From NCBI GenBank assembly GCA_035266685.1, contig DATFMX010000018.1:1-60969 (forward strand): 60,969 nucleotides of DNA, written 5' to 3'. Origin of the DNA: Solirubrobacterales bacterium. GTDB taxonomy: Bacteria > Actinomycetota > Thermoleophilia > Solirubrobacterales > 70-9. Below are positions 16,148 to 24,958 of the stretch, piece after piece. The notes below the pieces were generated by a model. That model made no database searches. It saw nothing but the letters and a program-made list of their open reading frames with translations, and was not told the origin of the DNA. Every line of letters starts with the position of its first letter. The first letter of the stretch is position 1. The position numbers were made by a program, and so were the translations under genes.

Positions 16148-18043
16148 TCACCGGTGGATTTCGATCTCGAAGACCCCGCGCAGGCGTTCGTCCTTGCGGG
16201 TGCGTGCGACGACCCCGACTTCCAGCGTTCCCGGCTCGAATTCGACGTCGGCCGCGAAACGGGAGCTTGCGAGCCTGCGAACCGGCAATTGCTTCGGCGG
16301 GGCGCCGTCGGGGGCGGCGGTCACGACGACGCGATCGATCGGCAGCAGGGTTTCGAACACCGTGAAGGCGCTCAGGTAGATGTGGCCGGGTCCCGGCCGG
16401 GCGGGGTTGGGTGAAATCCGTATGTAGCCGTTGCTGGCTTGCAAGGTGTACACCGGCGCTCGCGAAGACCCCGGTATGTCGAGCACCGATACGAACTGTT
16501 CGGGTACCGGCAGGTCGAGCTCGAGCGGGATCGTCACCACGCCGCTGCGTTCGACCGACACATCGACTTCCCAGCGCCCGTCGAAGGCGAGGTTGGCGCC
16601 CGACCCGGTGTACGTGCCGCCGGGGCGCTCCCTGAGCTTCAGCGAGGAGGGCTGGGCTCCGAGGTCGTCGAGGGGATCAAAGTGGAGGGTGATGCCTTCG
16701 GGGGCGATCGGCTCACCCGAAGCGTAGTCCTCGACTCGGGCCGTGAAGAGATTCGGGCCGGGGCTCGCCGAAGCCGTCGTCAGCTCGACGCGGACGGTGT
16801 GTCCGAAGTCGGCTCCTGAAGCCTCGAGCCCGGACGGCACAGCCCCCGTGGAGAGCGGCGGCGAGAGGGTGCCCAGCAGCGCCGCGACGCCCACCGCGGC
16901 GACGGCCACCGCCAGCTCGAGCCTCGATCTGCGCCGCAGGGCTTCGAGGTCACGGGACTTCAGCGGATCCCTGCCGGGCCGGTTCCGTGCCGCAATCGCC
17001 GCGATCAGAATCACCAGGCCCAGCTTGGCCAGCACAGCGAGGCCGTAGCCGCTGTGCAGAAGGTCCCCCCAGGAGGTGAGCTCCTCGACAGAGCGCAGGA
17101 CGCCGCTCGCGGCGACGAGCAGCAGGGAAGCCAGGGCGAGGGTGGAGAATCGCCTCACCGCCGCCTCCCGCGCGGCCGTCGCGGCGCCGCGGAAACCCAG
17201 CAGCAGCGCCGCCAGACCGCCGAACCAGACTCCCGCCGCGGCGAAGTGGGCGACCTGTGCGGGCACGCCAAACGTCGCGGCCCAGCTGACCGCGCGGGCG
17301 TGCCCGGCGTCGACGTGGGCGAGCACGAGTCCAGACGCGGCCAGCGTCGCGACCGCCAGCAGCGGGCGGCGCAGCTTTGGCTCGCGCCTGGCCGCCAGCA
17401 GGGCGAGCCCCACCGCCCCGAGCGCGGCGGCGCGCCAGATCAGCGCCTTGCCGACCGCGCTGTCCAGCAGCTGGCCGACCGATGAGCCGGCGGCGGCCCG
17501 CTCCGCCTCGCCGAGCGCCAGCAGGCCGACGGCGGCAAGGACCCAGCCTGCCGCGGCAAGCGCCAGGTCGCTGCCCGAAGTTCCACCGAAGCGCGCGACC
17601 CCGGCGACCGCGCCGCCGATCAGCGCGATGACGCCGAGCAGGAAGACCCAGCGGGCGAGCAGTTCGAACAGCGAGCCGGATTCGCTCGTCGTGCCTTCGC
17701 CTGCGGCGACGCCGCTGGGCGAGACCCGGACGCCGAAGGCGAACATCCCTTCGGTCAGGTGCCCGTCAACCGCCGAGATGACCTTCCAGCTCACGGTATA
17801 GACCCCCTTGCCGAGGCGTCGCAGCGGGACTTCGAAGGTCAGCGGATCGCCGGGCGCCTGCCGGGCGCGTCCCCGCTGCTCGGGCTGCCCGCCGGCACCG
17901 AGAACCTCGATCTCCGACAGCGAGGCCTCAGGCTTCTCGGAGAGCGAGAGTCGCACGGTTTCCGGCGCCGCCCCGAGCGTCGCACCGGCCAGCGGTTCGG
18001 AGCCAATCAGGCTGGCGTGTGCGAAAGCGCTTGCGGGGGACAT
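16148..18043 (-). CDS. CopC-CopD fusion copper-resistance/uptake protein (YcnJ-like) with C-terminal Ig/FixH-like domains
   Basis: The CopC domain starts at the mature HASLIGSEPLAGATL...VYTVSWKVISAVDGH. It is followed by about 8 TM helices (CopD) and two soluble beta-rich domains. The true start is probably upstream of 18043 (see findings). Confidence 0.85.
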   Translation of the reverse strand: MSPASAFAHASLIGSEPLAGATLGAAPETVRLSLSEKPEASLSEIEVLGAGGQPEQRGRARQAPGDPLTFEVPLRRLGKGVYTVSWKVISAVDGHLTEGMFAFGVRVSPSGVAAGEGTTSESGSLFELLARWVFLLGVIALIGGAVAGVARFGGTSGSDLALAAAGWVLAAVGLLALGEAERAAAGSSVGQLLDSAVGKALIWRAAALGAVGLALLAARREPKLRRPLLAVATLAASGLVLAHVDAGHARAVSWAATFGVPAQVAHFAAAGVWFGGLAALLLGFRGAATAAREAAVRRFSTLALASLLLVAASGVLRSVEELTSWGDLLHSGYGLAVLAKLGLVILIAAIAARNRPGRDPLKSRDLEALRRRSRLELAVAVAAVGVAALLGTLSPPLSTGAVPSGLEASGADFGHTVRVELTTASASPGPNLFTARVEDYASGEPIAPEGITLHFDPLDDLGAQPSSLKLRERPGGTYTGSGANLAFDGRWEVDVSVERSGVVTIPLELDLPVPEQFVSVLDIPGSSRAPVYTLQASNGYIRISPNPARPGPGHIYLSAFTVFETLLPIDRVVVTAAPDGAPPKQLPVRRLASSRFAADVEFEPGTLEVGVVARTRKDERLRGVFEIEIHR

Positions 18044-18090
18044 CGCCGCTCCCGCGGCAGCGACCGCGAGGATGGCGGCAATCCGAAGCC

Positions 18091-18720
18091 TCAGGATCGT
18101 TCGCTTCCCCGCCCGCGCATGGCCACCAGCGCAGCGCCGCCCATCACCAGGCCGAGCGTGCCGACCGCAATCGAGATCAGAGCAAGCGTATGAGCGTCAT
18201 CCGCCTGGCTGCGGGCGTCTTCCACCTGCTGCGCTTCGCTGCTCAATCGCTGCGCCAGTTCCCCTGCGGAGGGGTCCTTGACCGGGAACTCGTCACCGGC
18301 GCCCGCTTCCACGCACTCGAAGGTCGACTGCGAGCAGACGGCGCTGACGTCGAGTGGCTGCCCGTGGATTTCGCCGCTGACGCTGAAGCCATAGGCGCCC
18401 GGTCGGGTCGGGGTGATCGACGCTTCCAGGGCGCCCGGCTCGGCGGTCGGGATGAGCGGCAGGGTGGCCGTGGCGCCGCCGTAGGCGACTGCGACCGAGA
18501 GCGCCCCTGCCGGAACCGCGACCGGCGCGCCGGTCTGCGCGTCGCTGACCGCGATTTCGATCGAGTTGTCGACGCCGACGCGCGGCGGCTCTTCCGCCCA
18601 GCCCAGCTCGACCTCGAACGAGCCCGACCGCTTGGCGACATGACCTTGGGCAGCCCCGACCCCAATCGTCAAGAACGCGGTCAGGAGGGCGGCGAGAACG
18701 AGGCGCCGCGACCGGCTCAC
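18091..18720 (-). CDS. Secreted, C-terminally membrane-anchored protein; YcnI/DUF1775-like candidate copper-binding protein
   Basis: The signal peptide [12 protein letters not shown] leaves an N-terminal His. The C-terminal TM is [22 protein letters not shown] followed by MRGRG. Its position directly upstream of a CopCD fusion mirrors the B. subtilis ycnJ-ycnI pairing. Sequence similarity to DUF1775 was not verified. Confidence 0.45.
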   Translation of the reverse strand: MSRSRRLVLAALLTAFLTIGVGAAQGHVAKRSGSFEVELGWAEEPPRVGVDNSIEIAVSDAQTGAPVAVPAGALSVAVAYGGATATLPLIPTAEPGALEASITPTRPGAYGFSVSGEIHGQPLDVSAVCSQSTFECVEAGAGDEFPVKDPSAGELAQRLSSEAQQVEDARSQADDAHTLALISIAVGTLGLVMGGAALVAMRGRGSERS

Positions 18721-20207
18721 CCCCGATGCGTCCTTCGCTTCTTATGCCGCCTCTTGCCGTGTCCTCTCTTGCCGTGCCGCCTGCGGTGCTTCTTCGCGCA
18801 GATCCGGCGCCAGCGCTTGACCTTCTTCCCGTGCTTCTTGACGACGACCTTCACCCGTCGGCAGCGCCGCTTCCTGACGCAGCGCCGCTTGCCCCTCACC
18901 TTCTTCTTGACGAAGCCCTTCCTGCAGGTGAGTCTCCTGGCTGTGGGCGTCGTGGATGTGGGCATCGTGGCCTGCGGAATCGTCACCGTCGCCGGCGAGC
19001 TCGACGCCGGTGGCGAGCTGACGACCGCGAACGAGTTGTCGACCTGCCAGCTGAACGCCGCCGTCGAGCCGAGGTTGCCGGCCCGGTCGGTCGCGCGCAC
19101 CTTGAAGGCGTAGACGCCGTCGGCCAGGTTGGAGTAGCTGTTGCCGGACGACGGACAGGAGGCGAAGCCGTCGGCCGTACCCGTCTGGGCAAGGCTGCAT
19201 TCGAAGCTCGAGCTGAGCTCGCTCGATTCGTAGCTGAAGGAGACGCTTCCGGGGCTCGGGTTATCCGGGCGATTCGCGATCGTCGTCGTCGGGGGCTGGG
19301 TGTCGACGGTCCAGCTGTAGATCGCCGGGAGCCCGGCTCCCTGGTCGGTGACGGCCCTGACTTCGAACGTATGCACCCCATCCGCCAGCGGTCCCGAGCT
19401 TTGGAACGGCGAGGTATCGCAGTTGACAAAGTCGTCGTCGTCGATTTTGCACTCGAGTTCTTCGATGGATGCGAGTTCTTCGGCCGTTCCCACCGGGTGA
19501 TAGGTGAAGCCCGCCGAGGTCGCGTTGGTCGGGCTTTTCGGCTTCGAGTCGATCGCCGTTCCCGGGACGACGCAGCGAGTCTCGGTAACCGGGCTCGCGT
19601 TGTTTCGCGGTCCAGGGGTGACCTCGGCGAAGTCAGCTTCGCTGTCGTCGGTATCGTCGCCCGCCTCCAAGAACGTCGGGCAGACTGCCCCGATCGCGCG
19701 TCGCAGGGCCTTACCGGCGGTAACGCCGGCGGGACTCGCCGGACCCCCCACCAGCAGCTCCGAATTGCCGGCGGGATTGGTGGCGCTGAAGTTGCCCCAG
19801 GCGACGCAGTCGGGCGGCTCGCCTTCGACCCAGCAGACCGCGCCGCCCGCGGCCGAGAGGTTCATGCCGCTGTCGACCTCGTCGGCGCTCGGGCTGCCGG
19901 CGTAGCCGGAGCCCGCGATCAGCACCGTGGCGTTGGCAGCGCTCGACGGGCTGGCGTTGGACGACAGGGTGAGGTCATGAGCGACGGTGCCGTCAGCGTT
20001 GTAGGCGACGAGGTGATGTCCTCCGACCTGGTACTCGCCGGCCTCGAGCAGCTGCAGCTCGACGTAGCTCGCATTGCCCGCGGGATACACCTCGCGGATT
20101 TTCATCAGGTGGAACGTCGCCGACGCCGGCGTGGCGAACAGCAGCAGTCCCGTAAGCGCGCCGGCCAGCCAAAGGCCGAGCCGCGCCGAAGTACGATTTC
20201 CTTGCAT
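18717..20207 (-). CDS. Secreted lamin-tail-domain (LTD) protein with two Ig-like repeats and an extremely basic tail
   Basis: The start is set at [30 protein letters not shown] (ATG 20207). The LTD-like segment is [18 protein letters not shown]. Two repeats of the form ECxxD...F..C.S......L.DG.H.F.VRA.D..G are present. The tail is [69 protein letters not shown]. Its stop overlaps the GTG of the next gene (GTGA). Confidence 0.7.
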   Translation of the reverse strand: MQGNRTSARLGLWLAGALTGLLLFATPASATFHLMKIREVYPAGNASYVELQLLEAGEYQVGGHHLVAYNADGTVAHDLTLSSNASPSSAANATVLIAGSGYAGSPSADEVDSGMNLSAAGGAVCWVEGEPPDCVAWGNFSATNPAGNSELLVGGPASPAGVTAGKALRRAIGAVCPTFLEAGDDTDDSEADFAEVTPGPRNNASPVTETRCVVPGTAIDSKPKSPTNATSAGFTYHPVGTAEELASIEELECKIDDDDFVNCDTSPFQSSGPLADGVHTFEVRAVTDQGAGLPAIYSWTVDTQPPTTTIANRPDNPSPGSVSFSYESSELSSSFECSLAQTGTADGFASCPSSGNSYSNLADGVYAFKVRATDRAGNLGSTAAFSWQVDNSFAVVSSPPASSSPATVTIPQATMPTSTTPTARRLTCRKGFVKKKVRGKRRCVRKRRCRRVKVVVKKHGKKVKRWRRICAKKHRRRHGKRGHGKRRHKKRRTHRG

Positions 20208-20324
20208 GGTCAAACGCCCCTCCCTTTTGCGTCCCCTCGGTACCGACACGTTTATCACATACGATGCCGCGGTGGAGCGGCTTCTACCGGGACTGGACAT
20301 CTATCTCTATCCTTGGAGGAAGCC

Positions 20325-22217
20325 ATGCCACCGCTGAGATCACGCACTGTCACCCACGGTCGCAACATGGCCGGCGCCCGCGCGCTGCTGCGCGCCGCCG
20401 GGGTCGCCCGCGAGGACATCGGCAAGAAGCCGATCGTCGCGATCGCCAACTCCTACACGCAGTTCGTCCCCGGCCACACGCACCTGAAGCCGGTCGGCGA
20501 GGTCGTCGCCGAAGCCGTGCAGGCGGCCGGCGGCGTGCCGCGCGAGTTCAACACGATCGCGGTCGACGACGGGATCGCGATGGGCCACGGCGGGATGCTC
20601 TACTCGCTGCCCTCGCGCGACCTGATCAGCGACAGCGTCGAGTACATGGTCAACGCCCACTGCGCCGACGCCCTGGTCTGCATCTCCAACTGCGACAAGA
20701 TCACGCCGGGCATGCTCAACGCCGCCCTGCGGCTCAACGTGCCGACCGTGTTCGTCTCCGGCGGCCCGATGGAGGGCGGCGCCGCGACGCTGGTCGACGG
20801 CACCGTGCGCAAGCGGCTCAACCTGATCACCGCGATCACCGACGCGGTCGCCGAGGACGTCAGCGACGACGACATCGGCCGGATCGAGGAGGCCGCCTGC
20901 CCGACCTGCGGCTCCTGCTCGGGCATGTTCACCGCCAACTCGATGAACTGCCTGACCGAGGCGCTCGGCCTCGCCCTGCCCGGCAACGGCTCGACCCTGG
21001 CGACCCACACCGCTCGGCGCGCGCTGTATGAAGACGCCGGCCGGGTGACGGTGGAGATCGCGAGGCGCTACTACGAGCAGGACGACGAGAGCGTCCTGCC
21101 GCGCTCGATCGCGACCCGCGAGGCGTTCGAGAACGCGATGACGCTCGACATCGCGATGGGCGGCTCGACCAACACGATCCTCCACCTGCTCGCCGCCGCG
21201 CAGGAGGCCGAGGTCGAGTTCGCGATGCACGACATCGACCAGCTCTCGCGCCGCGTGCCCTGCATCTGCAAGGTCGCGCCGAGCGGCGAGTACCTGATGG
21301 AGGACGTACACCGGGCGGGGGGGATCCCGTCGATCCTCGGCGAGCTGCGCCGTGGCGGCCTGCTCAACGAGTCGGTCGGGACGGTCCACGCGGCGAGCAT
21401 GGACGCGTGGCTCGGCGCCTGGGACGTCGGCGGCGAGAGCCCCTCCGCGGAGGCGGTCGAGCTGTTCCACGCGGCGCCCGGCTGCAAGCGCTCGGCGACC
21501 GCGTTCTCGCAGTCGGAGCGCTGGGAGTCGCTCGACCTCGACCGGGCGGCGGGCTGCATCCACGACGTCGAGCACGCCCACACGGCCGAAGGCGGCCTGG
21601 CGATCCTCTACGGCAACCTCGCCGAGCGCGGCTGCGTGGTCAAGACGGCCGGCGTCGACGAGTCGCTGCTGACCTTCGAGGGCCCGGCCGTGGTGGTCGA
21701 GTCCCAGGACCACGCGGTCGATCTGATCCTCAGCGGCGGCGTCAAGCCGGGCGACATCGTGGTGATCCGCTACGAGGGGCCGCGCGGCGGTCCGGGCATG
21801 CAGGAGATGCTCTACCCGACCTCATATCTGAAGGGGCTCGGGCTCGGCAAGGAGTGCGCGCTGATCACCGATGGCCGCTTCTCCGGCGGCACCTCAGGCC
21901 TCTCAATCGGCCATGTCTCGCCCGAGGCGGCGGCGGGCGGGGCGATCGCCCTGGTGCAGAACGGGGACACGATCGCGATCGACATCGCGGCGCGCTCGAT
22001 CGAACTCGAAGTACATGGCGACGAGCTGGCCGACCGCCGCCGCCAGCTCGAGGAGGCCGGCGGCTACGCGCCGCTGGCGCGCGAGCGCGAGGTCTCGCCG
22101 GCCCTGCGCGCCTACGCGGCGATGGCGACCTCGGCCGACACCGGCGCCGTCCGCGACGTCGACTCGGTCGAGCGCGCGGCCTCGCTGGCCTCCAGGCGGG
22201 ACTCCGCGGCCGTCTAG
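20325..22217 (+). CDS. ilvD: Dihydroxy-acid dehydratase
   Basis: [26 protein letters not shown]...[14 protein letters not shown]...[20 protein letters not shown]...[13 protein letters not shown]...[29 protein letters not shown] lies 5 nt upstream of ATG 20325. Only the last 630 codons of ORF 18726..22217 are this gene. Confidence 0.95.
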   Translation: MPPLRSRTVTHGRNMAGARALLRAAGVAREDIGKKPIVAIANSYTQFVPGHTHLKPVGEVVAEAVQAAGGVPREFNTIAVDDGIAMGHGGMLYSLPSRDLISDSVEYMVNAHCADALVCISNCDKITPGMLNAALRLNVPTVFVSGGPMEGGAATLVDGTVRKRLNLITAITDAVAEDVSDDDIGRIEEAACPTCGSCSGMFTANSMNCLTEALGLALPGNGSTLATHTARRALYEDAGRVTVEIARRYYEQDDESVLPRSIATREAFENAMTLDIAMGGSTNTILHLLAAAQEAEVEFAMHDIDQLSRRVPCICKVAPSGEYLMEDVHRAGGIPSILGELRRGGLLNESVGTVHAASMDAWLGAWDVGGESPSAEAVELFHAAPGCKRSATAFSQSERWESLDLDRAAGCIHDVEHAHTAEGGLAILYGNLAERGCVVKTAGVDESLLTFEGPAVVVESQDHAVDLILSGGVKPGDIVVIRYEGPRGGPGMQEMLYPTSYLKGLGLGKECALITDGRFSGGTSGLSIGHVSPEAAAGGAIALVQNGDTIAIDIAARSIELEVHGDELADRRRQLEEAGGYAPLAREREVSPALRAYAAMATSADTGAVRDVDSVERAASLASRRDSAAV

Positions 22218-22236
22218 CTGTCCGGCGGGCGGGCGC

Positions 22237-23073
22237 TCACTCGATCGGGTCGCCGTCGGCAAACGGCTCGTCGCGCTCGGCGACGGCCTGCCTGACGCCC
22301 TTGCGCGCCGCCGTCTCCCAGAAGGCCTCCGCCCCGGGCGCGAGCCGGCCGAGCACATCCTGCTGGACCGCCGTCTCCTGCAGCAGGGTCCGGCCCATCA
22401 GGTCGAGCCCGCGGTTGACGACATGCTTGTTGACGGTCAGCAGGTCGCGCGGGATCGAAGCGATCCGGGCGGCGAGCGAGAGCACGTGCTCGTCCAGCTC
22501 CTCCGACGGGACCGATTCGAGGAAGAGGCCGACCTCGGCCGCCTTGGCGCCGCTCAGCGAGTCGCCGCTGAGCAGCAGCCGCTTGGTCCACTGCGGCCCC
22601 AGGTGGTAGAGCCACATGTGCGTCGCCGGCGAGCCCATCGAGCGCACCGCCGGGTAGCCGATGCGGGCGTCGGCGGCGCAGACGAGCAGGTCGCAGCTCA
22701 GCGCCAGATCGGTGCCGGCGGCGAGGCAAGCCCCGTGTACCTGGGCGATCGTCGGGATCGGCAGCCGCCAGAGCCGGTCGAAGACCCTGCTGTCGCCGCG
22801 CACGACCTGGGCCTTCTCGATCGGCGACGGGGAAGCCTCGGCTCCGTCCTGCGAGGACCCCGCGACGTCATAGCCGGAGCAGAAGCCCTTGCCGGCGCCG
22901 CGCAGGACCAGCACGCTCGTCTCCGCATCCAGCTCGACCACTGAGATCAGCTCGAACAGCTCCTCGATCAGCTCGGCCGAGAGGGCGTTGCGCCGCTCGG
23001 GACGGTCGAGCGTCACCCGCAGCACCGGGCCGAACGTCTCCAGTATGAGGTTCTCGTACCCCTCGGCCTTCAT
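22237..23073 (-). CDS. Enoyl-CoA hydratase/isomerase (crotonase) family protein
   Basis: LRVTLDRPERRNALS...VLVLRGAGKGFCSGYDV is the crotonase oxyanion-hole pattern. Confidence 0.85.
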   Translation of the reverse strand: MKAEGYENLILETFGPVLRVTLDRPERRNALSAELIEELFELISVVELDAETSVLVLRGAGKGFCSGYDVAGSSQDGAEASPSPIEKAQVVRGDSRVFDRLWRLPIPTIAQVHGACLAAGTDLALSCDLLVCAADARIGYPAVRSMGSPATHMWLYHLGPQWTKRLLLSGDSLSGAKAAEVGLFLESVPSEELDEHVLSLAARIASIPRDLLTVNKHVVNRGLDLMGRTLLQETAVQQDVLGRLAPGAEAFWETAARKGVRQAVAERDEPFADGDPIE

Positions 23074-23756
23074 CTTGCCTCGCCTGCGTCGGGAGCCCAG
23101 CGACGGAGCTCGATCCTATCCGGCGTCCCTTCGACGGCGACGGCCGCGACCGTGCCGGCGGCGGCGTCGAGCTGTCGGAGCCGCCAGCCCGGATGCGCCG
23201 TGCCCTCCAGCCACTCGCCGAGCGAACGCGAGAGGCCGGTGCAGTCAAAGGAGCGCAGCCCCCCGGGCAGGCCGATCCCGATTGCCTTGAGGTATGCCTC
23301 CTTGAGCGTCCAGAACTCGAGGAACCTGTCGGCCGACCCGGCCACCGCCCGCTGCTCATCCTCCGTGTAGAAGCGCCTGGCGATCCGCTCCCAGCGGGGA
23401 TGCTCGCGGCGCTGCTCGATGTCGATCCCGACGCGCCAGGGCGAGACCGCGACCGCGGCCAGGCTCGCCGAGCTCGACGAGGACCACCACACCTCGCCGG
23501 ACTCGCCGGCGAGCGGGCTCGCCGGGTGCAACCGGCCACAGCGCTCACAACGGCTCTCGATGGCCAACGCCGCCGGTTCCTCGCCCGTCGCCCTTGCCAG
23601 CAGCGTCCTCGCCATCCAGCGGCGGGCGAGAAAGCGCCGCCGCAGCCGGGCCGAGCCGATCTGCTCGGCCCGCGCCAGCTCCTCGGGTGAGAACGTACCC
23701 TGCGCCGGCGCGAGGTCCACCTCGTCGACGTCCGAAAGCCATACCTGAAGTGTCAC
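23070..23756 (-). CDS. Sfp-type 4'-phosphopantetheinyl transferase
   Basis: PWRVGIDIEQRR and FLEFWTLKEAYLKAIG are the PPTase signature motifs. It overlaps the crotonase gene by 4 nt. Confidence 0.85.
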   Translation of the reverse strand: MTLQVWLSDVDEVDLAPAQGTFSPEELARAEQIGSARLRRRFLARRWMARTLLARATGEEPAALAIESRCERCGRLHPASPLAGESGEVWWSSSSSASLAAVAVSPWRVGIDIEQRREHPRWERIARRFYTEDEQRAVAGSADRFLEFWTLKEAYLKAIGIGLPGGLRSFDCTGLSRSLGEWLEGTAHPGWRLRQLDAAAGTVAAVAVEGTPDRIELRRWAPDAGEAR

Positions 23757-23777
23757 GGTCGGTTATTGTGACAGTGC

Positions 23778-24164
23778 ATGAGCCTGATCCACACCTGCTA
23801 CCGCATCCTCGACATCGACCGCTCGGTCGAGTTCTATGAAGCCATCGGCTTCGAGGAGATGTCCCGCTACCCGATCGGCGACGAGGCGATCAACGTCTAC
23901 ATGGGCCAGCCCGGCGACGGGCCGGAGCCGCGGCTCGAGCTGACGTACAACATCGGGAGAACCGAGGAGTATGAGATCGGTACCGGTTACGGTCACATCG
24001 CCGTGTCCGTTTCCGACCTCGAGGCGACGCTCGCGGCGTTGGCGGAGCGCGGAATACACCCCGAACGCCCGCCGTACACGGTCGGCGAGGGAGACAGTTC
24101 ACTCCTCTGTTTCGTGCGGGACCCCGACGGGTACCGAGTCGAGCTGATAGAACGACGCAGATGA
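23778..24164 (+). CDS. gloA: Glyoxalase I / VOC-family lactoylglutathione lyase
   Basis: IHTCYRILDIDRSVEFYEA...LELTYN...GYGHIAVSVSD...FVRDPDGYRVELIE. Confidence 0.8.
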   Translation: MSLIHTCYRILDIDRSVEFYEAIGFEEMSRYPIGDEAINVYMGQPGDGPEPRLELTYNIGRTEEYEIGTGYGHIAVSVSDLEATLAALAERGIHPERPPYTVGEGDSSLLCFVRDPDGYRVELIERRR

Positions 24165-24943
24165 CGATGGACAGCTGGGACGTACTGGAACTTCCGGCGC
24201 TCACCCACGACTCGCTGCAGGCGCTGCTGCGCAACGAGATCGGCGCGGTAACCGTTCCCCGCTTCATCGACGACGAGCAGCGCGAGGCGATCCACGCCAC
24301 GTTGATGGACTCCGAGGACTGGTCGTTCTACGAGGGGACCTCGCCTCCCCTGGGTCGCTTGGGGATCACCCAGTACGAGCACCACGACTCGAAGGATCGT
24401 TACCTCGATTCGGCGCCGGCCGCCACCGCGCGCAGGTCCGAGATCCTCGATCCGCTGCCGGACCCGGTCGACACCGTGGTCGACGCCTTCGACGCTGCCT
24501 GGCCCGACCGGGTCGGGCTCGCCGAAGAGGACGGCCGGCCCTACTTCGCCGGCGTGTTCCGTCGCGGGGGCGGGGGCGGCGTCGCGATCCACGCCGACTG
24601 GGGCCCGCGCGACGGCCCGGGCTGGGCGATCGAGCGGCTCACCGGCCAGTTCGCCTGGAACCTCTTCTTCTCCTCGCCCGGCGAGGGCGGCGAGCTGATC
24701 GTCTACGACTACCCCTGGCAGCCCGAGCTCGAGCAGCACGCCCGCCAGCGCTTCAACGACTACGACCCGGAGCTCTTCGAGTCCTGCCGTAGGGTGGAAG
24801 TACAGCCGGAGCCAGGCGTGCTGATGGTCTTCAACTCGCGCAACGCCCATGCCGTCGGGGCCTCGTCAAACGGCGAGGCGCGCGTCGCGGTCGGCTCCTT
24901 CATCGGCGTCACTGACGATCGCCAGCTGGCCTTCTGGTCCTGA
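24161..24943 (+). CDS. Putative 2-oxoglutarate/Fe(II)-dependent oxygenase-like protein
   Basis: An HxD...H arrangement is present (VAIHADWGP ... FNSRNAHAV) in a 260-aa soluble protein. There is an ATGA overlap with the glyoxalase gene. The functional call is weak. Confidence 0.4.
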   Translation: MTMDSWDVLELPALTHDSLQALLRNEIGAVTVPRFIDDEQREAIHATLMDSEDWSFYEGTSPPLGRLGITQYEHHDSKDRYLDSAPAATARRSEILDPLPDPVDTVVDAFDAAWPDRVGLAEEDGRPYFAGVFRRGGGGGVAIHADWGPRDGPGWAIERLTGQFAWNLFFSSPGEGGELIVYDYPWQPELEQHARQRFNDYDPELFESCRRVEVQPEPGVLMVFNSRNAHAVGASSNGEARVAVGSFIGVTDDRQLAFWS

Positions 24944-24958
24944 GATCCCGCCGCTGAG

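Noticed and set aside
18726-20324. The N-terminal 533 codons of the 1163-aa ORF 18726..22217.
   Set aside because: Only the part from ATG 20325, which has an RBS, is IlvD. The upstream part is antisense to the well-supported LTD/Ig gene and is Arg/Ala/Gly junk.
22214-23548. Overlapping alternative-frame ORFs (22214..22729, 22868..23548, 21871..22944).
   Set aside because: These are Arg/Pro/Ala-rich frames overlapping the motif-supported crotonase and PPTase genes. They are composition artefacts.
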